Part shown: positions 11,812 to 24,455 of the stretch, piece by piece
How positions within the stretch are numbered: the stretch's first letter is position 1
How the letters are laid out: each line of letters opens with the position of its first letter
Source: Macrostomum lignano
Lineage: Eukaryota
NCBI GenBank assembly: GCA_002269645.1
Contig: NIVC01000978.1
Coordinates: 310,001 to 374,000 of the forward strand
DNA length: 64,000 bases
Direction: 5' to 3'
Position numbers and translations under genes: made by a program
The notes under the pieces: generated by a model
Told to the model about the DNA's origin: nothing
Databases searched by the model: none
Seen by the model: only the letters and a program-made list of their open reading frames with translations

Positions 11812-13189
11812 ATGTGCAGCGCGCCCTACAACCCGTCTGATTGGTCGGGAGGATTCCAGATGGATGATCAGCAGCAGCATCAGGCGCCAGTTTACTATGG
11901 CCAGCAGGATATGTAAGAATATAACAAAAATACTTTGCACTTCTTACTTTTCTTGTCCTGTGCAATGTCTTTCTTTCTTCTTTTCAAAAGGAACTTCGCC
12001 TCGTATGACTACGGAGCCGGCAGTCAGCCACAGCCGCAGCAGCAGCAGCAGCAGTTTTACGGCGCCGGCCATCAGCCATATCAGCCACAGCCTACAGCTG
12101 TATTCGATCCGTATGCTAATCACCCGGCCTACTCTGGCCAGATGTTCGTCCCGAGCAGCATTGGGAGTGCCAGCGGCGGCCCACCAGGCGACAAAGGACC
12201 CTCGTCTGGTGGCGACAACTTCGAAGATGAGCCGCCATTACTGGAGGAGCTGGGCATTAATTTTGATCATATTACTCAAAAGGTGGGTGTTTTTTAGACC
12301 TTTTATACTTGATTAGACAGGTTCTGAACAGACAGATAGATTGATTAGACAGGCTCTGAACAGACGGGTAGATTGGTTAGACAGGCTCTGAACAGACGGG
12401 TAGATTGATTAGACAGGCTCTGAACAGACAGGTAGATTGATTAGACAGGCTCTGAACAGACAGGTAGATTGGTTAGTCAGTGTAGACGGGTTTGTTTGAT
12501 AAGAAAAAAGACTCATTTAAATCAACACTTTTGCGTGTTTTCAACTGCTTACTTTAAGTAGCCGCGTCGTATATTTGTCCGCCTTGCAGACCCTGATGGT
12601 GCTGAATCCGTTAAAACAAGCCGATATGGAGGCTGTGAAAGACACGGACTTGGCTGGCCCTTTGGTGTTCTGTTTGGCCTTTGGTGGCGCTTTGCTACTG
12701 GTAATTTCATGTTTTTAAATCCTCACTTCTCTACTTACAGTAATAACAATGCTAGTAGTAAAAAAAATTGATTTTAATTTATAAAACCGCTAAAATTGTC
12801 AGACGGGCAAACTGCATTTTGGCTACATCTACGGCATTGGCGTCACCGGCTGTCTAGCTCTGTACATGCTGCTCAACATGATGAACACCACGACTGTGCA
12901 GCTGACATCCGTCATGTCCACCCTTGGTTATTGTCTGCTGCCAATGTGTCTGCTGTCTTTGATGGCTGTTGTGGTGTCTCTGCGGTTAGTGGCGCTGCTG
13001 TTCTGCAGCCTGTTGGGTTTCTGAATGACAGTTAGATAGATAGATAGATAGATTGATAGATTGATAGATGATAGATAGATAGAAAGATAGATAGATAGAT
13101 ACAGAGATAGATGATAGATAGATAGATAGATGATAGATAGATAGATTGATAGATTGATAGATTGATAGATGATAGATAGATAGATAGAT

Positions 13190-13242
<53 letters not shown>

Positions 13243-13519
13243 GATAGATAGATGGATAGATAGATAGATTGATTGATTGATTTATTTATTGATTGATTGA
13301 TTGGTTTATTGGTGGACAGATTATAACAGTAGAAATCATCTATTTAAACTCTGCAGCAGCCTTGCGGGCATCATACTCACCAGCTTGACGGTGGCCTGGT
13401 GCGCTTACTCGTCTAGTAAATTATTCGTCAATGCCCTATCAATGGATCATCAACGCCTGCTAGTGGCCTATCCCTGCGCTCTGGTCTACGGAGTATTCGC
13501 ACTGCTCACTGTGTTCTAA
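11812..13519 (+). CDS. YIPF5: Yip1-domain Golgi/ER protein YIPF5; exons 11812-11912, 11991-12282, 12590-12700, 12803-12984, 13357-13519
   Basis: [21 protein letters not shown]|[54 protein letters not shown]; all junctions GT-AG and frame-consistent. Confidence 0.92.
12311..12478. repeat. 32-bp tandem repeat, ~5 copies, in YIPF5 intron 2
   Basis: GATTAGACAG at 12311, 12343 and onward. Confidence 0.9.
13034..13300. repeat. (GATA)n/(GATT)n microsatellite in YIPF5 intron 4
   Basis: Directly visible. Confidence 0.95.
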
Positions 13520-13883
13520 AGATTAACTAAATCTAGTTTTTGTTTCGCTGTATGTATTTTTAATTGGGTTTTGCAAATTTTTTTGATGCCGAGATTAGCA
13601 TGACATTGTGCCTGAATGTTATTAACTATCTATATGAATATACTAACTGGTCGTATTGCTCCTCGAATCCCCACCTCAACAACTCTGTTTTGGGCAACTA
13701 TTTTAAAGTAGAAACATCTGGTAATTGTGTAGAGTTTTTCAATTCCATTTATCGTTGTTAAAAATGTATTAAGTTATGGTCAGTACGACTAAGTAGAATA
13801 ATTATTAAAAAGATATAAAGTTTGATATCTCGGATTTGACTACGCTCGTAGTAAAACCAATATAGCTTCCAGCATTGTACAAC

Positions 13884-14258
13884 ACAGCAGCGATAAAGTG
13901 GAGTTTAACTGGGGTAGAAAATAAGGTGGTGGGTGCTAAATGGTCGGCTAGAGAACTGATAAGCCTCGCCCCACTGCGCACAGCAGTGATAAAGTGAGGA
14001 TAGCTGGAATAGGAAATGGGGTGGTGGGTGTCAAATGGTCGGCTAGAGAACTGATAAGCCTCGCCCCACCCCACTGCGCACAGCAGTGATAAAGTGAGGA
14101 TAGCTGGAATAGGAAATGGGGTGGTGGGTGTCAAATGGTCGGCTAGAGAACTGATAAGCCTCGCCCCACTGCGCACAGCAGTGATAAAGTGAGGGTAGCT
14201 GGAGTAGGAAATGGGGTGGTGGGTGTCAAATGGTCGGCTAGAGAACTGATAAGCCTCA
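13884..14258. repeat. 95-100-bp tandem repeat, ~4 copies
   Basis: CAGCAGYGATAAAG...AAATGGTCGGCTAGAGAACTGATAAGCCTC at ~13886, 13981, 14081, 14176. Confidence 0.9.
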
Positions 14259-15135
14259 CCCTGGCTTCTTTAAAAGTTAGCACATACTCTTATCTCAGTA
14301 GTAAGTAGTGTGTTAGGAAAACAATCCCTACTGACTGCTTTAAGCAAATCTCTGATTAATTTCTCCACCGCAATAATTGTTTTGGGCTATTTTAATTAGT
14401 AGCTATGCCTCTACTACTATTCTGCAAATCCTACAGGATTTACTTATTGATTTATTTTATGCTGTGTGTAGAATAATAACAATAAGTTCGTCCCTCAGTC
14501 GCCGGCCCTTCCTGTAGTTGTCATGGTAACAGTTACTTTTTGCCGGTTTCAATGTTAGCTCGTATTTTGCCACTTTGGATTTTGGTAGTGCAAAGAAAGT
14601 GCAGCAAAAATATGCTCTGTGTGAATTCCCGCCGACTTGAATTTGGTCGTTTCTGATCTTCACCATAGAAATTGAACGTGCTTTTTATGCGCTAGTTTTT
14701 TACATAAATAATAGTGTGTAATTGCAGTGTGTGAGTTCCATTCTAAAGTTCAGTGTCGATGTGCATTATTTCGGCACATCTTCGAACACGACTAGATATA
14801 CGAGTATATTCGAGCTAGTTCTATCAAGAAGTTTGAAACCTAAGATAATGTTCAAAGCACTGAAACCTAAGATAATGTTCAAAGCACATAAGAGAGAGAT
14901 TGTACAAATTTCAGTGGAGGCAGGCAAATTTTCGCCACAAATTTCATTGAAGAAGAAGGATGTTCTAGGATTCAAATTTGATGTGCCTTACCTTCTGAAT
15001 CTTAGAATGTCACAATGAAGCAAACATTTTTGCTCTGAACAGCCTTTTTATCTCTCCTTGATCGAGTTAGACTACATGTACGTTAAAACCTATTGTGCAT
15101 TGAACCCATTAGAGCGACTTTCTTGCGCAAAAAGA

Positions 15136-15274
15136 CCATAGACATTAAAATATCAGCCGCTGTCATACATGAAAGAATAAAACTGGATTGCTCACTGCAT
15201 GGGTCGAAAAAGCATTACTTTAATCCATGGCCGCAGTTGAAGTGGAACCTTCCAGTGATTATTATAGTCTATGG
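15136..15274. mobile_element. Putative 139-bp MITE with CCATAGAC...GTCTATGG ends
   Basis: 8-bp inverted termini, the same motif as in the 57160 foldback element; no clear TSD. Confidence 0.4.
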
Positions 15275-16471
15275 CCAGCCAGCCCATACGGAGCTAATTC
15301 TAGCGCAACATGATGGCAAAAATCGTGCTATAGATACTTATCAACAGGCCTGCAGCTTCAACTCGAGAACCCTACGTTGCTCGCAGTCCGACGGCGAAAA
15401 GGTGATGATGTCGAAAGCTACATGTACATTTACAGCCGCCGTCGCACCAACCCAGGTGTGCGCGAGACCAACTCCTCAAATAACCCACCCGCAAGCGTCA
15501 TCAGAATCACCAGGTGTTCTGAAGTCTGTTGTCTTAAAATTCAATTTTAATTCTAGTTATTAGACTTGTTTTCTCTATGTTGATATGCTTACTGTGGAAC
15601 GTTATGTGCATTTATACATGTAAATCATCAGCATCTACCGAGTGAAGGGTGCAGAGATCCATCAGCATCTACCAAATTACCCTGCAGGGCTGGGTTTCGA
15701 AACTTCAAAGAAAATGTGAAGAACTTTTCTGCACAGAATGCATGCACTAGCAGGGTAAAATATAGAGCTGAAACTGAAATTCGGTGGGTGTTACAATTTT
15801 GAGCAGTTTTGGGCGGCCCCTGCAGCAGCTGCATCTTGTGTAGCTCTCAGCATCATTTGTAGCCCTTGGCACAAATAGATTGTTCTTCACGTATTTCATA
15901 TAGGAGAAACTCACAATAGACAATATAGAAAAGCTTTTGTTCATTGACTCACAAGAAATCTACCCTAGCCAATGGCTGCTTCCCACACACTCAACTGGAG
16001 TGTATGCAAAAATTTAGAAACCCTATATTTTTCTGCCTCATCATTCCTCGGTGAAAAAAAACAGACAGCAACTCAACTGTCTCGTATGGAGTTTTCCGTC
16101 CACTCGCTCGCCCCATTAAAACTGCGGCATGCAGACCAGCTGCCACTAATAAAGTTTTCCACGTTGCAACGATGCAATTTGGGCACAGAGATGAGCCGCT
16201 GGCTGCAGGGGGGGGGGGGCACCGCACCAGCTCACACCGTGCCAACTCTGCGTTCACTGCACACAATAGGGTCAATGTACAGTCAGAGAGAAACATGAGA
16301 AAGGGTGGATAGAAGGACAGCGAAAACAACTCCTTCGCCTTCACACAGTTGCACGAACGATTTTATTTAAGTAAGCCCCCACCGCTCCAGAGCGCAATAA
16401 GCTCCCCCCTGACTCTGTGCCTTCACTTGCAGCCACAGCTCAGACTTCTTACAGTGCAACTCCCATCAGCC

Positions 16472-16810
16472 ATGCAGCTGCTGCTTATCTCGCTGTTGCT
16501 GCCGTCCTTGGCGGCTGCCCAGAGCACCATGGAAACCACCACCAAGCCGATGGAGGCTACAACCACGCCGAATATCGGTGGCTTCACCAGCGACCAGCTG
16601 GGCGTGCTCATCGGGATCCCAGTTGCCCTGGTTATCATCATCATCATCGGTGTAATAATCGGCTGCGTGGTGCAGCACAAGGTGCACCAGGAGGACAAGC
16701 TGCTGGAGGGCAAGCCCTACCAGGATCAGGGAGACGTTGGGACCGGCGGCAGCCAGGCCATGGGCCGCAGCCCGTACTACAACGACTATCTGAGCCAGAC
16801 GAAGAACTAA
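16472..16810 (+). CDS. Orphan 112-aa type I membrane protein (signal peptide, Thr-rich stalk, one TM helix, Tyr-containing tail)
   Basis: MQLLLISLLLPSLAAAQ signal; ETTTKPMEATTT; LGVLIGIPVALVIIIIIGVIIGCVV TM; GC3-rich codons; acceptor TTCTTACAG just upstream; AATAAA near 16992. Confidence 0.75.
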   Translation: MQLLLISLLLPSLAAAQSTMETTTKPMEATTTPNIGGFTSDQLGVLIGIPVALVIIIIIGVIIGCVVQHKVHQEDKLLEGKPYQDQGDVGTGGSQAMGRSPYYNDYLSQTKN

Positions 16811-17365
16811 GCACTAATGGAAGACACTTTTGTAACAACTATTCACATTTTTACAGCCAAAAATTACAATTCGTGATTTGAAAATGACTGATATTATTCT
16901 ATGAAAACAACAATTACCTGACCAGCTCGTGTAATTCTGCACTTAATCCATTATTTTTTTAAACTATTTTTAACCATATTATTCCTACTAAATAAACGTT
17001 GAAAAGTAACAAACAAAACAATAACGGTTTTATGTAACAAATTGAGATTGTTTTATTGCAAAATCGCTCTCATAGAGTCATATATAGAAGACACAAAATC
17101 AAGTTATTTTTTCTTTGCGTGTATTTCTTCATAACCAAGCGAAAATGTCGAATAATAAACGTCAAAGCCTACTTAAATTATGGATAGCAGTAGAGTATAC
17201 TGTATTTTTATTCAAATTGACAGTCGACCGGAAAAACCATTGAAGAGAGGAAACTATAATGCTGACAATATGCGCATAATTCTACTTCCAAACGCCAAGT
17301 TGCTAAAAGTAGTGCAGTTAGCAAATTTAGAAGTCGGTGACTGATTTTATATATTAAACTATTTA

Positions 17366-20300
17366 TTAGGTCTCGGCGGCCAAGTAGCGGCGCAGCTCGG
17401 CATCCTCCTGATCGCGGACAAACTTATCAAACGCCTGCAAGCGTTGATGACGCTGCGGGTCGCTTTGAGTCTCATCATCATCATCAGCCTCCTCAGCTGC
17501 CAGCGCCGCCAGGCCGCTCTGCAATACAGAACAGAAAATATCTGCCTTATTGATGACTAATCGTCATTAAGATTTAAGATTAATCAACTGAGCTCCTCAC
17601 CTGCATGGTTGCATAATTTCTCTGGTAATTAAACACCGCCCACATCAGGTGCCAAACGGAGAAGTCCGGCCACATTGCGTTAACAAAGTGCACGCAGGTG
17701 AACTGGGTCTGCAATTGGATTAACGAAATTGAACTTGAAATTGAGCAGAGCCAGCTCAAAGTCTGAGGTAAACGTGACCCCTGGTTAGATTCCTGGTTCG
17801 GCTTGTATGTGCACGGTCGCCGAAGGCGTTGCGCTGGGTGCCTACAGGTCTTCTACGTAGTTATTTTGCTGTTATCTAAAATTGAGTACTAATGCCGATA
17901 TGTATCGAAAAAAACAATATACACTGAGCATTGTTTCCGAATATGAGAAGTTTGAAGCAGCCATCTTCATTTCATTGACTCCATAGCATACACAAGGGCA
18001 CAAGGCAAACACTCACACAGCAGTGTATACTGTTTAGCAGCCCTGGAATTATTTATCATCAGATATCTACAATGTACTACTACTAGTAAAAATGCTAGTT
18101 CTTTTTATAAATTAACCAGCAGCCATACCTGCCACAGGAGAAAGTCAGACAGTCTGGTTTCGCCAGAGGTTCGTATCAACAGGTCGGGCGGCCCCGGGGA
18201 CAGGTAGGTGCGAGCGCACCGGTCTAGCAGGCGCGGCGTGACGTCATCTGGGAGCAGGAGGCCGGACCGGACAGCCTGGCCTGCCAAGGACACCGCGTGG
18301 GCCATGTCGTCGCGCGAGGTGTACGCGAAGCACACGTTTAGGCGGGCCTTGCTGTGCGAGCTGAGGGCGGCGAGGTGCGGATACGGGGAGGTGATAGCAG
18401 TATTGTTGATGAGTGCCGACTTCTAATTCTGCGCTGAAGTAAACATTGCAGACCTGATTCGTTTGAATTTATCCACTCTATGTGTCATTCTTGAACTGTT
18501 TCAACTGAAGAAACACACAATCTCCCAACCCACAACTTCCCAACCCAGAATGACCACCAACCCACAACCTCCCAAACCAAGATCACCAAACCCAGAATAT
18601 CCTAACTCAATCTCCCAAACGACAAACTTCCAACTCAGAATGACCCCAAGCCACAATCTCCCAACCCAGAGTGACCCCAAGCTACAATCTCTCAACCCAG
18701 AGTGACCCCCAGCTACAATCTCCCAACCCAGAGTGACCCCAAGCTACAATCCCCCAACCCAGAGTGACCCCAAGCCACAATCTCCCAACCCAGAGTGACC
18801 CCAACCCACAATCTCCCAACCCAGAATGACCCCAAGCTACAATCTCCCAACCCAGAATGACCCCAACCCACAATCTCCCAACCCAGAGTGACCCCAAGCT
18901 ACAATCTCCCAACCCAGAGGGACCCCAAGCTACAATCTCCCAACCCAGAATGACCCCAACCCATAATCTCCCAACCCAGAATGACCCCAAGCCACAATCT
19001 CCCAACCCAGAATGACCCCAAGCTACAATCTCCCAACCCAGAGTGACCCCAAGCCACAATCTCCCAACCCAGAGTGACCCTAAGCCACAATCTCCCAACC
19101 CAGAGTGACCCTAAGCCCAATCTCCCAACCCAGAGTGACCCCAAGCCACAATCTCCCAACCCAGAGTGACCCCAAGCCACAATCTCCCAACCCAGAGTGA
19201 CCCTAAGCCACAATCTCCTTACCCAGAAGGACCCCAAGCCACAATCTCCTAACCCAGAGTGACCCCAAGCCACAATCTCCCAACCCAGAGTGACCCCAAG
19301 CTACAATCTCCTAACCCAGAGTGACCCCAAGCTACAATCTCCCAACCCAGAATGACCCCAAGCTACAATCTCCCAACCCAGAGTGACCCCAAGTCACAAT
19401 CTCTTAACCCAGAGAGTGACCCCAAGCTACAATCTCCCAACCCAGAATGACCCCAAGCTACAATCTCCCAACCCAGAATGACCCTAAGCCACAATCTCCT
19501 AACCCAGAAGGACCCCAAGCCACAATCTCCTAACCCAGAGTGACCCCAAGCCACAATCTCCCAACCCAGAGTGACCCCAAGCTACAATCTCTCAACCCAG
19601 AGTGACCCCAAGCTACAATCTCCCAACCCAGAATGACCCCAAGCTACAATCTCCCAACCCAGAGTGACCCCAAGCCACAATCTCCCACCCAGAGTGACCC
19701 CAACCCACAATCTCCCAACCCAGAGTGACCCCAAGCTACAACCTCCCAACCCAGAATGACCCCAAGCTACAATCTCCCAACCCAGAATGACCCCAAGCTA
19801 CAATCTCCCAACCCAGTATGACCCCAAGCTACAATCTCCCAACCTAGAATGACCCCAAGCTACAATCTCCCAACCCAGAATGACCCTAAGCCACAATCTC
19901 CTAACCCAGAAGGACCCCAAGCCACAATCTCCTAACCCAGAGTGACCCCAAGCCACAATCTCCCAACCCAGAGTGACCCCAAGCTACAATCTCCTAACCC
20001 AGAGTGACCCCAAGCTACAATCTCCCAACCCAGAATGACCCCAAGCTGCAATCTCTCAACCCAGAGTGACCCCAAGCTACAATCTCTCAACCCAGAATGA
20101 CCCCAAGCTACAATCTCCCAACCCAGAGTGACCCCAAGCCACAATCTCCCAACCCAGAGTGACCCCAAGCCACAATCTCCCAACCCAGAATGACCCCAAG
20201 CCACAATCTCCCAAACCAGAATGACGCCAGGCCGCAGACCTGGTGGCCTGCATGACCCTGGCTGCAGCGGCCCTCAGATCGGCAGGCAGCAGTTGCAGAT

Positions 20301-20763
20301 TGCCCAGCACCCGGACGCAGACCCCGTAGGCCCGGAGCCGGTCTAACTCCTGCAATAGTCGGTCGAATTTCTGCCTGGCCAGCTGCAAGAGGCCGGCCAC
20401 CTCCTCGGCGCTCCTGTTGAAATTCTCGATGCTAAAAGCGTAGACGGTCACTTCGTTAATGCCCAGGTCGCGGCACCATTCCAGCACTTCGCCAACTTTT
20501 TGAAAGCCGCGCAGATGGCCCTGCGATTTCTGCAGGCCGTGACATCTGGCGAATCGCCTATTGCCGTCCATGATAATGGCCAGGTGGTTCGGCAGGGGTC
20601 CCTGACCCAGCATGGTCATGGACAGGCGCTGCATAGCTGTGTACTGCGCCCCAGTGCGAATCCATTCGTCCTCAGGGATGGCTGCGGAGTCTTGGCTGGT
20701 GTCCTTGGGCGGCTCCGCTGGCACAGGAGAGGGGCCGGCAGTGGGCAATGGTTGGGATTGCAT
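17366..20763 (-). CDS. DHDDS: Dehydrodolichyl diphosphate synthase (cis-prenyltransferase); exons 20763-20240, 18360-18129, 17708-17601, 17518-17366
   Basis: PNHLAIIMDGNRRFAR, VYAFSIENFNRS, LNVCFAYTSR, PDLLIRTSGETRLSDFLLWQ, MWPDFSVW; junction phases 2/0/0. The exact N-terminus is uncertain. Confidence 0.92.
18520..20226. repeat. 31-bp minisatellite, ~55 copies, in DHDDS intron 1 (G-rich on the sense strand)
   Basis: GTGACC at 18671 and 18702; unit AGTGACCCCAAGCTACAATCTCCCAACCCAG. Confidence 0.96.
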
Positions 20764-20847
20764 GAAGTTAAACAGATACAGATAGATAGCTTAGTTAATG
20801 GCATTTTTGTAGGCAAAAACTGAGATGGCTATGCCTATGTAAAGTGG

Positions 20848-21060
20848 GAGCAGTAGCCCAGTGTTCCAGGGTGGCGCTCTGCTGTGCCAGCAGCCCAGGC
20901 TCGATTCCAAGTGCAGTCACATTAAATTTGGGGCTGAATTAGAATCTTGGCTTGGCTCTGCTCGTGCAATTAACACCCAGCTTGAGGGCCAACCAGCCAA
21001 CCCCCAAGGCACAGTGAAGTGTACATGCCTAACAATTAATAAAGTGCCTTAATAAAGTAA
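20848..21060 (+). mobile_element. tRNA-derived SINE, family A, CpG-decayed copy
   Basis: TAGCCCAG A-box-like, GCTCGATTC B-box-like, and body CTTGGCTCTGCTCGTGCAAT...GTGTACATGCCTAAC shared with the 34555 and 38965 copies. Confidence 0.75.
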
Positions 21061-23329
21061 AAAGGGCTTGTGCTTGCTCAGGGAGTTGGTAGAATATGCA
21101 ATAATGCCTATTGCCAGTTGTGACAATATTGCTTGTTAAAGTGCGCCAGGGTACACACAGCCCCTGTCTCTAATGACTTTATAAATTTAGTAGTTTAAAT
21201 AAAGCATTTCTTGCAATTTTCCATAGGTCATCATTTTCAAATTATAATAATCTTAAAGTTTAATACAAAAATAAATACTCAAACCAGTAGTATAGATTGA
21301 TGATTGATAGATTGAAGCTAAAAATAATGCAGTAAAAAAAACTTCTCTAAATGCTATGAGTGCAGAAATATGGCAATTTAAAAAATTGCCTAAAGCACTA
21401 GAACTAGAAACAGTCAATATAGTAAGTGCAGAAAATTCAATCCTATATACTAAAAATTCAATTCTAAAAATGAAACCCATTTAGAGATCATGCTAAATAT
21501 ACTCAGATAAAAAGTAATTAGTCATAATTTTATGCTAACTAATGCCAAGTTTTTATTACAATTATTTTAAACATTATGTGAATACAAAGTTCATGTTAAC
21601 TATATATAACTTTATTGTTATTAGTTCAAATTTTCTAGCATATAAGTATCTTCTATGATCTTTATGGGAAAAGGTGCCAGGTGGATTATCCTAATTTGCA
21701 ATAATTCTACATGGCTATTATCTATCCTTTGATAATGATCATGGCCCTCTCAAGTCATGGATATTTTGCTAGGCATTGTTATTTCTAGGCAAAATCTATA
21801 TTAAAGTAAGATATACCTATCCTGCCTTTTTAGTGTTAAGAATATAAAGCTTTTTATTTATGAATGCTTAGGCTATGAATGCTTAGGCTTAAGCAACTTT
21901 TACTTATTTAGGCCCTATATATTATTAATAGAAGGCATAGCGCCATAAGCATTGCAATTAGGCTGCCTTTATATAGGACAGGCTTATTTTCCTTAGCCCA
22001 AATTTAGACCTTTCTAAAAATTTTAGGCTTGAGAATCTCTGCCAGCTTATCTATTAATATTGGATGCTTAATATCTATATATATATATATTAGTATATAG
22101 TACATGAATCAATCTGGCCCCTATGATAGCAGAACAAAATGCTAACAAAGGTTTCAATGGTATCTTAAGTCTATTAGTTGTATAACTATCCAATTACTAG
22201 CCCTAAACTTTTATTTAGTAAATTTTTATTATTAGGCTATTAATTAGATATTCATATATTATTATTAACATAGTTTTAAATCAAAGATAAAGCCTAGGTA
22301 CTTTATAAAAGATAAAATATCTTAATAAATTAAAAAATATAGGCCATTAAAAGTCTAAGGGCTAATTCAATCCTATACTATGGGTCTATCCAATTTAACC
22401 TTTTGTAAAAACCATTTAATCTATTAGGCCTAGGCCTAATATTGAAACCTTTAATATTAGGGCCTACATTAGGCCTAATTATGCAATTTAGTTTTGATCA
22501 AAAATATGACCTAGGCCTAGTCTTAAGACAAATGTTTGTCTTATCTATCAATAGAAACTTAAATATTAGGCCCTAGCCATTGAAATTGTTGGACTGATAG
22601 GGCCTATATAATATTTAATATTGAACAAAATTTTGATTGTATTGCATCATATATCACCATGGCATTATTTATTACTCTTATAATTATATAGCTACAAAAT
22701 TAGACCTAGCATTAAAAATAAAATAATATAACTATATGTATAAGTATGCCTAGGCTTATAGGCCTACTTTTTTTACTAAATTTCAGAATCTTACACAGGA
22801 TAGGACATGGTCCTTAGCTATATAGGCCATATTCCTAAGCGTAGGGCCTAAGCCTACTGCCTACCAAAAATACTTATTTGGTTTGGTGTTCATTGTTTAA
22901 TAGGATAGGCCTAGGAGCCATGGCTAAGCTTTATGCCCTTAGGCCTTAAGGCCTAGCCAAAAAAGCAGTCAGTAGGCCAATATCTAGGTAAGCTAATGTG
23001 GTTATTTCAGCCATTGGAGTCCGCAGACCGCAGGTGGAGAAGAGGAGCTTGCAAGCTTGTTGCTTGAATCTCCATCGTTAATTTGCATTATTGCCACGTG
23101 TCTCAAAGGTAATCACACTAACTTTATGTGCAGAAATTATAAACCAAAATATGTCAATACTTTCTTCCTTTCTATTTAACTAAAAACATTTCGTGTTATA
23201 GCATTTCGCATTATATCGCAAATCATTTTCGTGTTTTTGTTAGTTTAGCTAGTGTACATTATCTCATTTTAACTTGTTTTTTTATTTGTATTTGTATTTG
23301 TATTTAGTCAATTCAAAACGAACCGGGAA

Positions 23330-23465
23330 ATTCCGGCCCGCGGGCCACATTGATATGTGCGCTTAGCTCACACAGAAAGCTCACTCAGCCCTCAAATTTC
23401 CCGCCGGGCGGCCAGCCAGCGAAGCCTCTTTATCCGGCCCTCGCATGTCCTTTTAAACTTCACAA
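23330..23465. mobile_element. Possible fragment of a non-autonomous hAT-like element
   Basis: CCGGCCCGCGGGCCACAT and a later CCGGCCCTCG resemble subterminal motifs of hAT MITEs; termini not found. Confidence 0.3.
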
Positions 23466-23487
23466 CAGCAATCCGACCCGCTCAAGC

Positions 23488-24131
23488 TCTCCTCTCTCCT
23501 CTCTCCCCTCCTCTCTCCCCTCCTCTCTTTTCTCTTCTCTCCTCTCTCCCCTCCTCTCTTTTCTCTTCTCTCCTCTCTCCCCTCCTCTCTTTTCTCTTCT
23601 CTCCTCTCTCCCCTCCTCTCTTTTCTCTTCTCTCTTCTCTTCTCTCCTCTCTCCCCTCCTCTCTTTTCTCTTCTCTCCTCTCTCCCTCCTCTCTTCTCTT
23701 CTCTCCTCTCTCCCCTACTCTCTTTTCTCTTCTCTCCTCTCTCCCCTCCTCTCTTTTCTCTTCTCTCCTCTCTCCCCTACTCTCTTTTCTCTTCTCTCCT
23801 CTCTCCCCTCCTCTCTTTTCTCTTCTCTCTTCTCTTCTCTCCTCTCTCCCCTCCTCTCTTTTCTCTTCTCTCTTCTCTTCTCTCCTCTCTCCCCTCCTCT
23901 CTTTTCTCTTCTCTCCTCTCTCCCTCCTCTCTTCTCTTCTCTCCTCTCTCCCCTCCTCTCTTTTCTCTTCTCTCCTCTCTCCCCTACTCTCTTTTCTCTT
24001 CTCTCCTCTCTCCCCTCCTCTCTTCTCTTCTCTCCACTACACTCTCCTCTTTTTTCTCTTCTCTCCTCTCTCCCCTCCTCTCTTCTCTTCTCTCTTCTCT
24101 TCCCTCCTCTCTTTTCTCTTCTCTCCTCTCA
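23488..24131. repeat. Homopyrimidine (CT-rich) compound repeat
   Basis: Nearly pure C/T for ~640 bp. Confidence 0.97.
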
Positions 24132-24209
24132 GCTCGACCCCTCATCATATTCTTGAATTTGTAAATCGTAAATATTCAGTAGCGCAACCAAAAATTTGTT
24201 GCAGCTGAG

Positions 24210-24455
24210 GGGGCGCGGATTCTAGAGGGTAAAGATCCAAGGGGCGGATTCTAGAGGGTAAAGATCCAAGGGGCGAATTCTAGAGGGTAAAGATCCAAGG
24301 GGCGGATTCTAGAGGGTAAAGATCCAAGGGGCGAATTCTAGAGGGTAAAGATCCAAGGGGGCGGATTCTAGAGGGTAAAGATCTAAGGGGGCGTATTCTG
24401 GAGGGAAAGATCCAAGGGGGCGGATTCTGGAGGGTAGAGATCCAAGGGGGGCGGA
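24210..24455. repeat. 29-30-bp tandem repeat, ~8 copies
   Basis: GGGGCGGATTCTAGAGGGTAAAGATCCAA; TCTAGAG at 24221, 24250, 24279. Confidence 0.92.

Noticed and set aside
13351-13359. NAGNAG tandem acceptor in the last YIPF5 intron
   Set aside because: Common feature; would change one residue and there is no evidence of use.
15093-15563. 156-aa ORF
   Set aside because: TTG start, overlaps a MITE-like segment, no recognisable motif or splice support.
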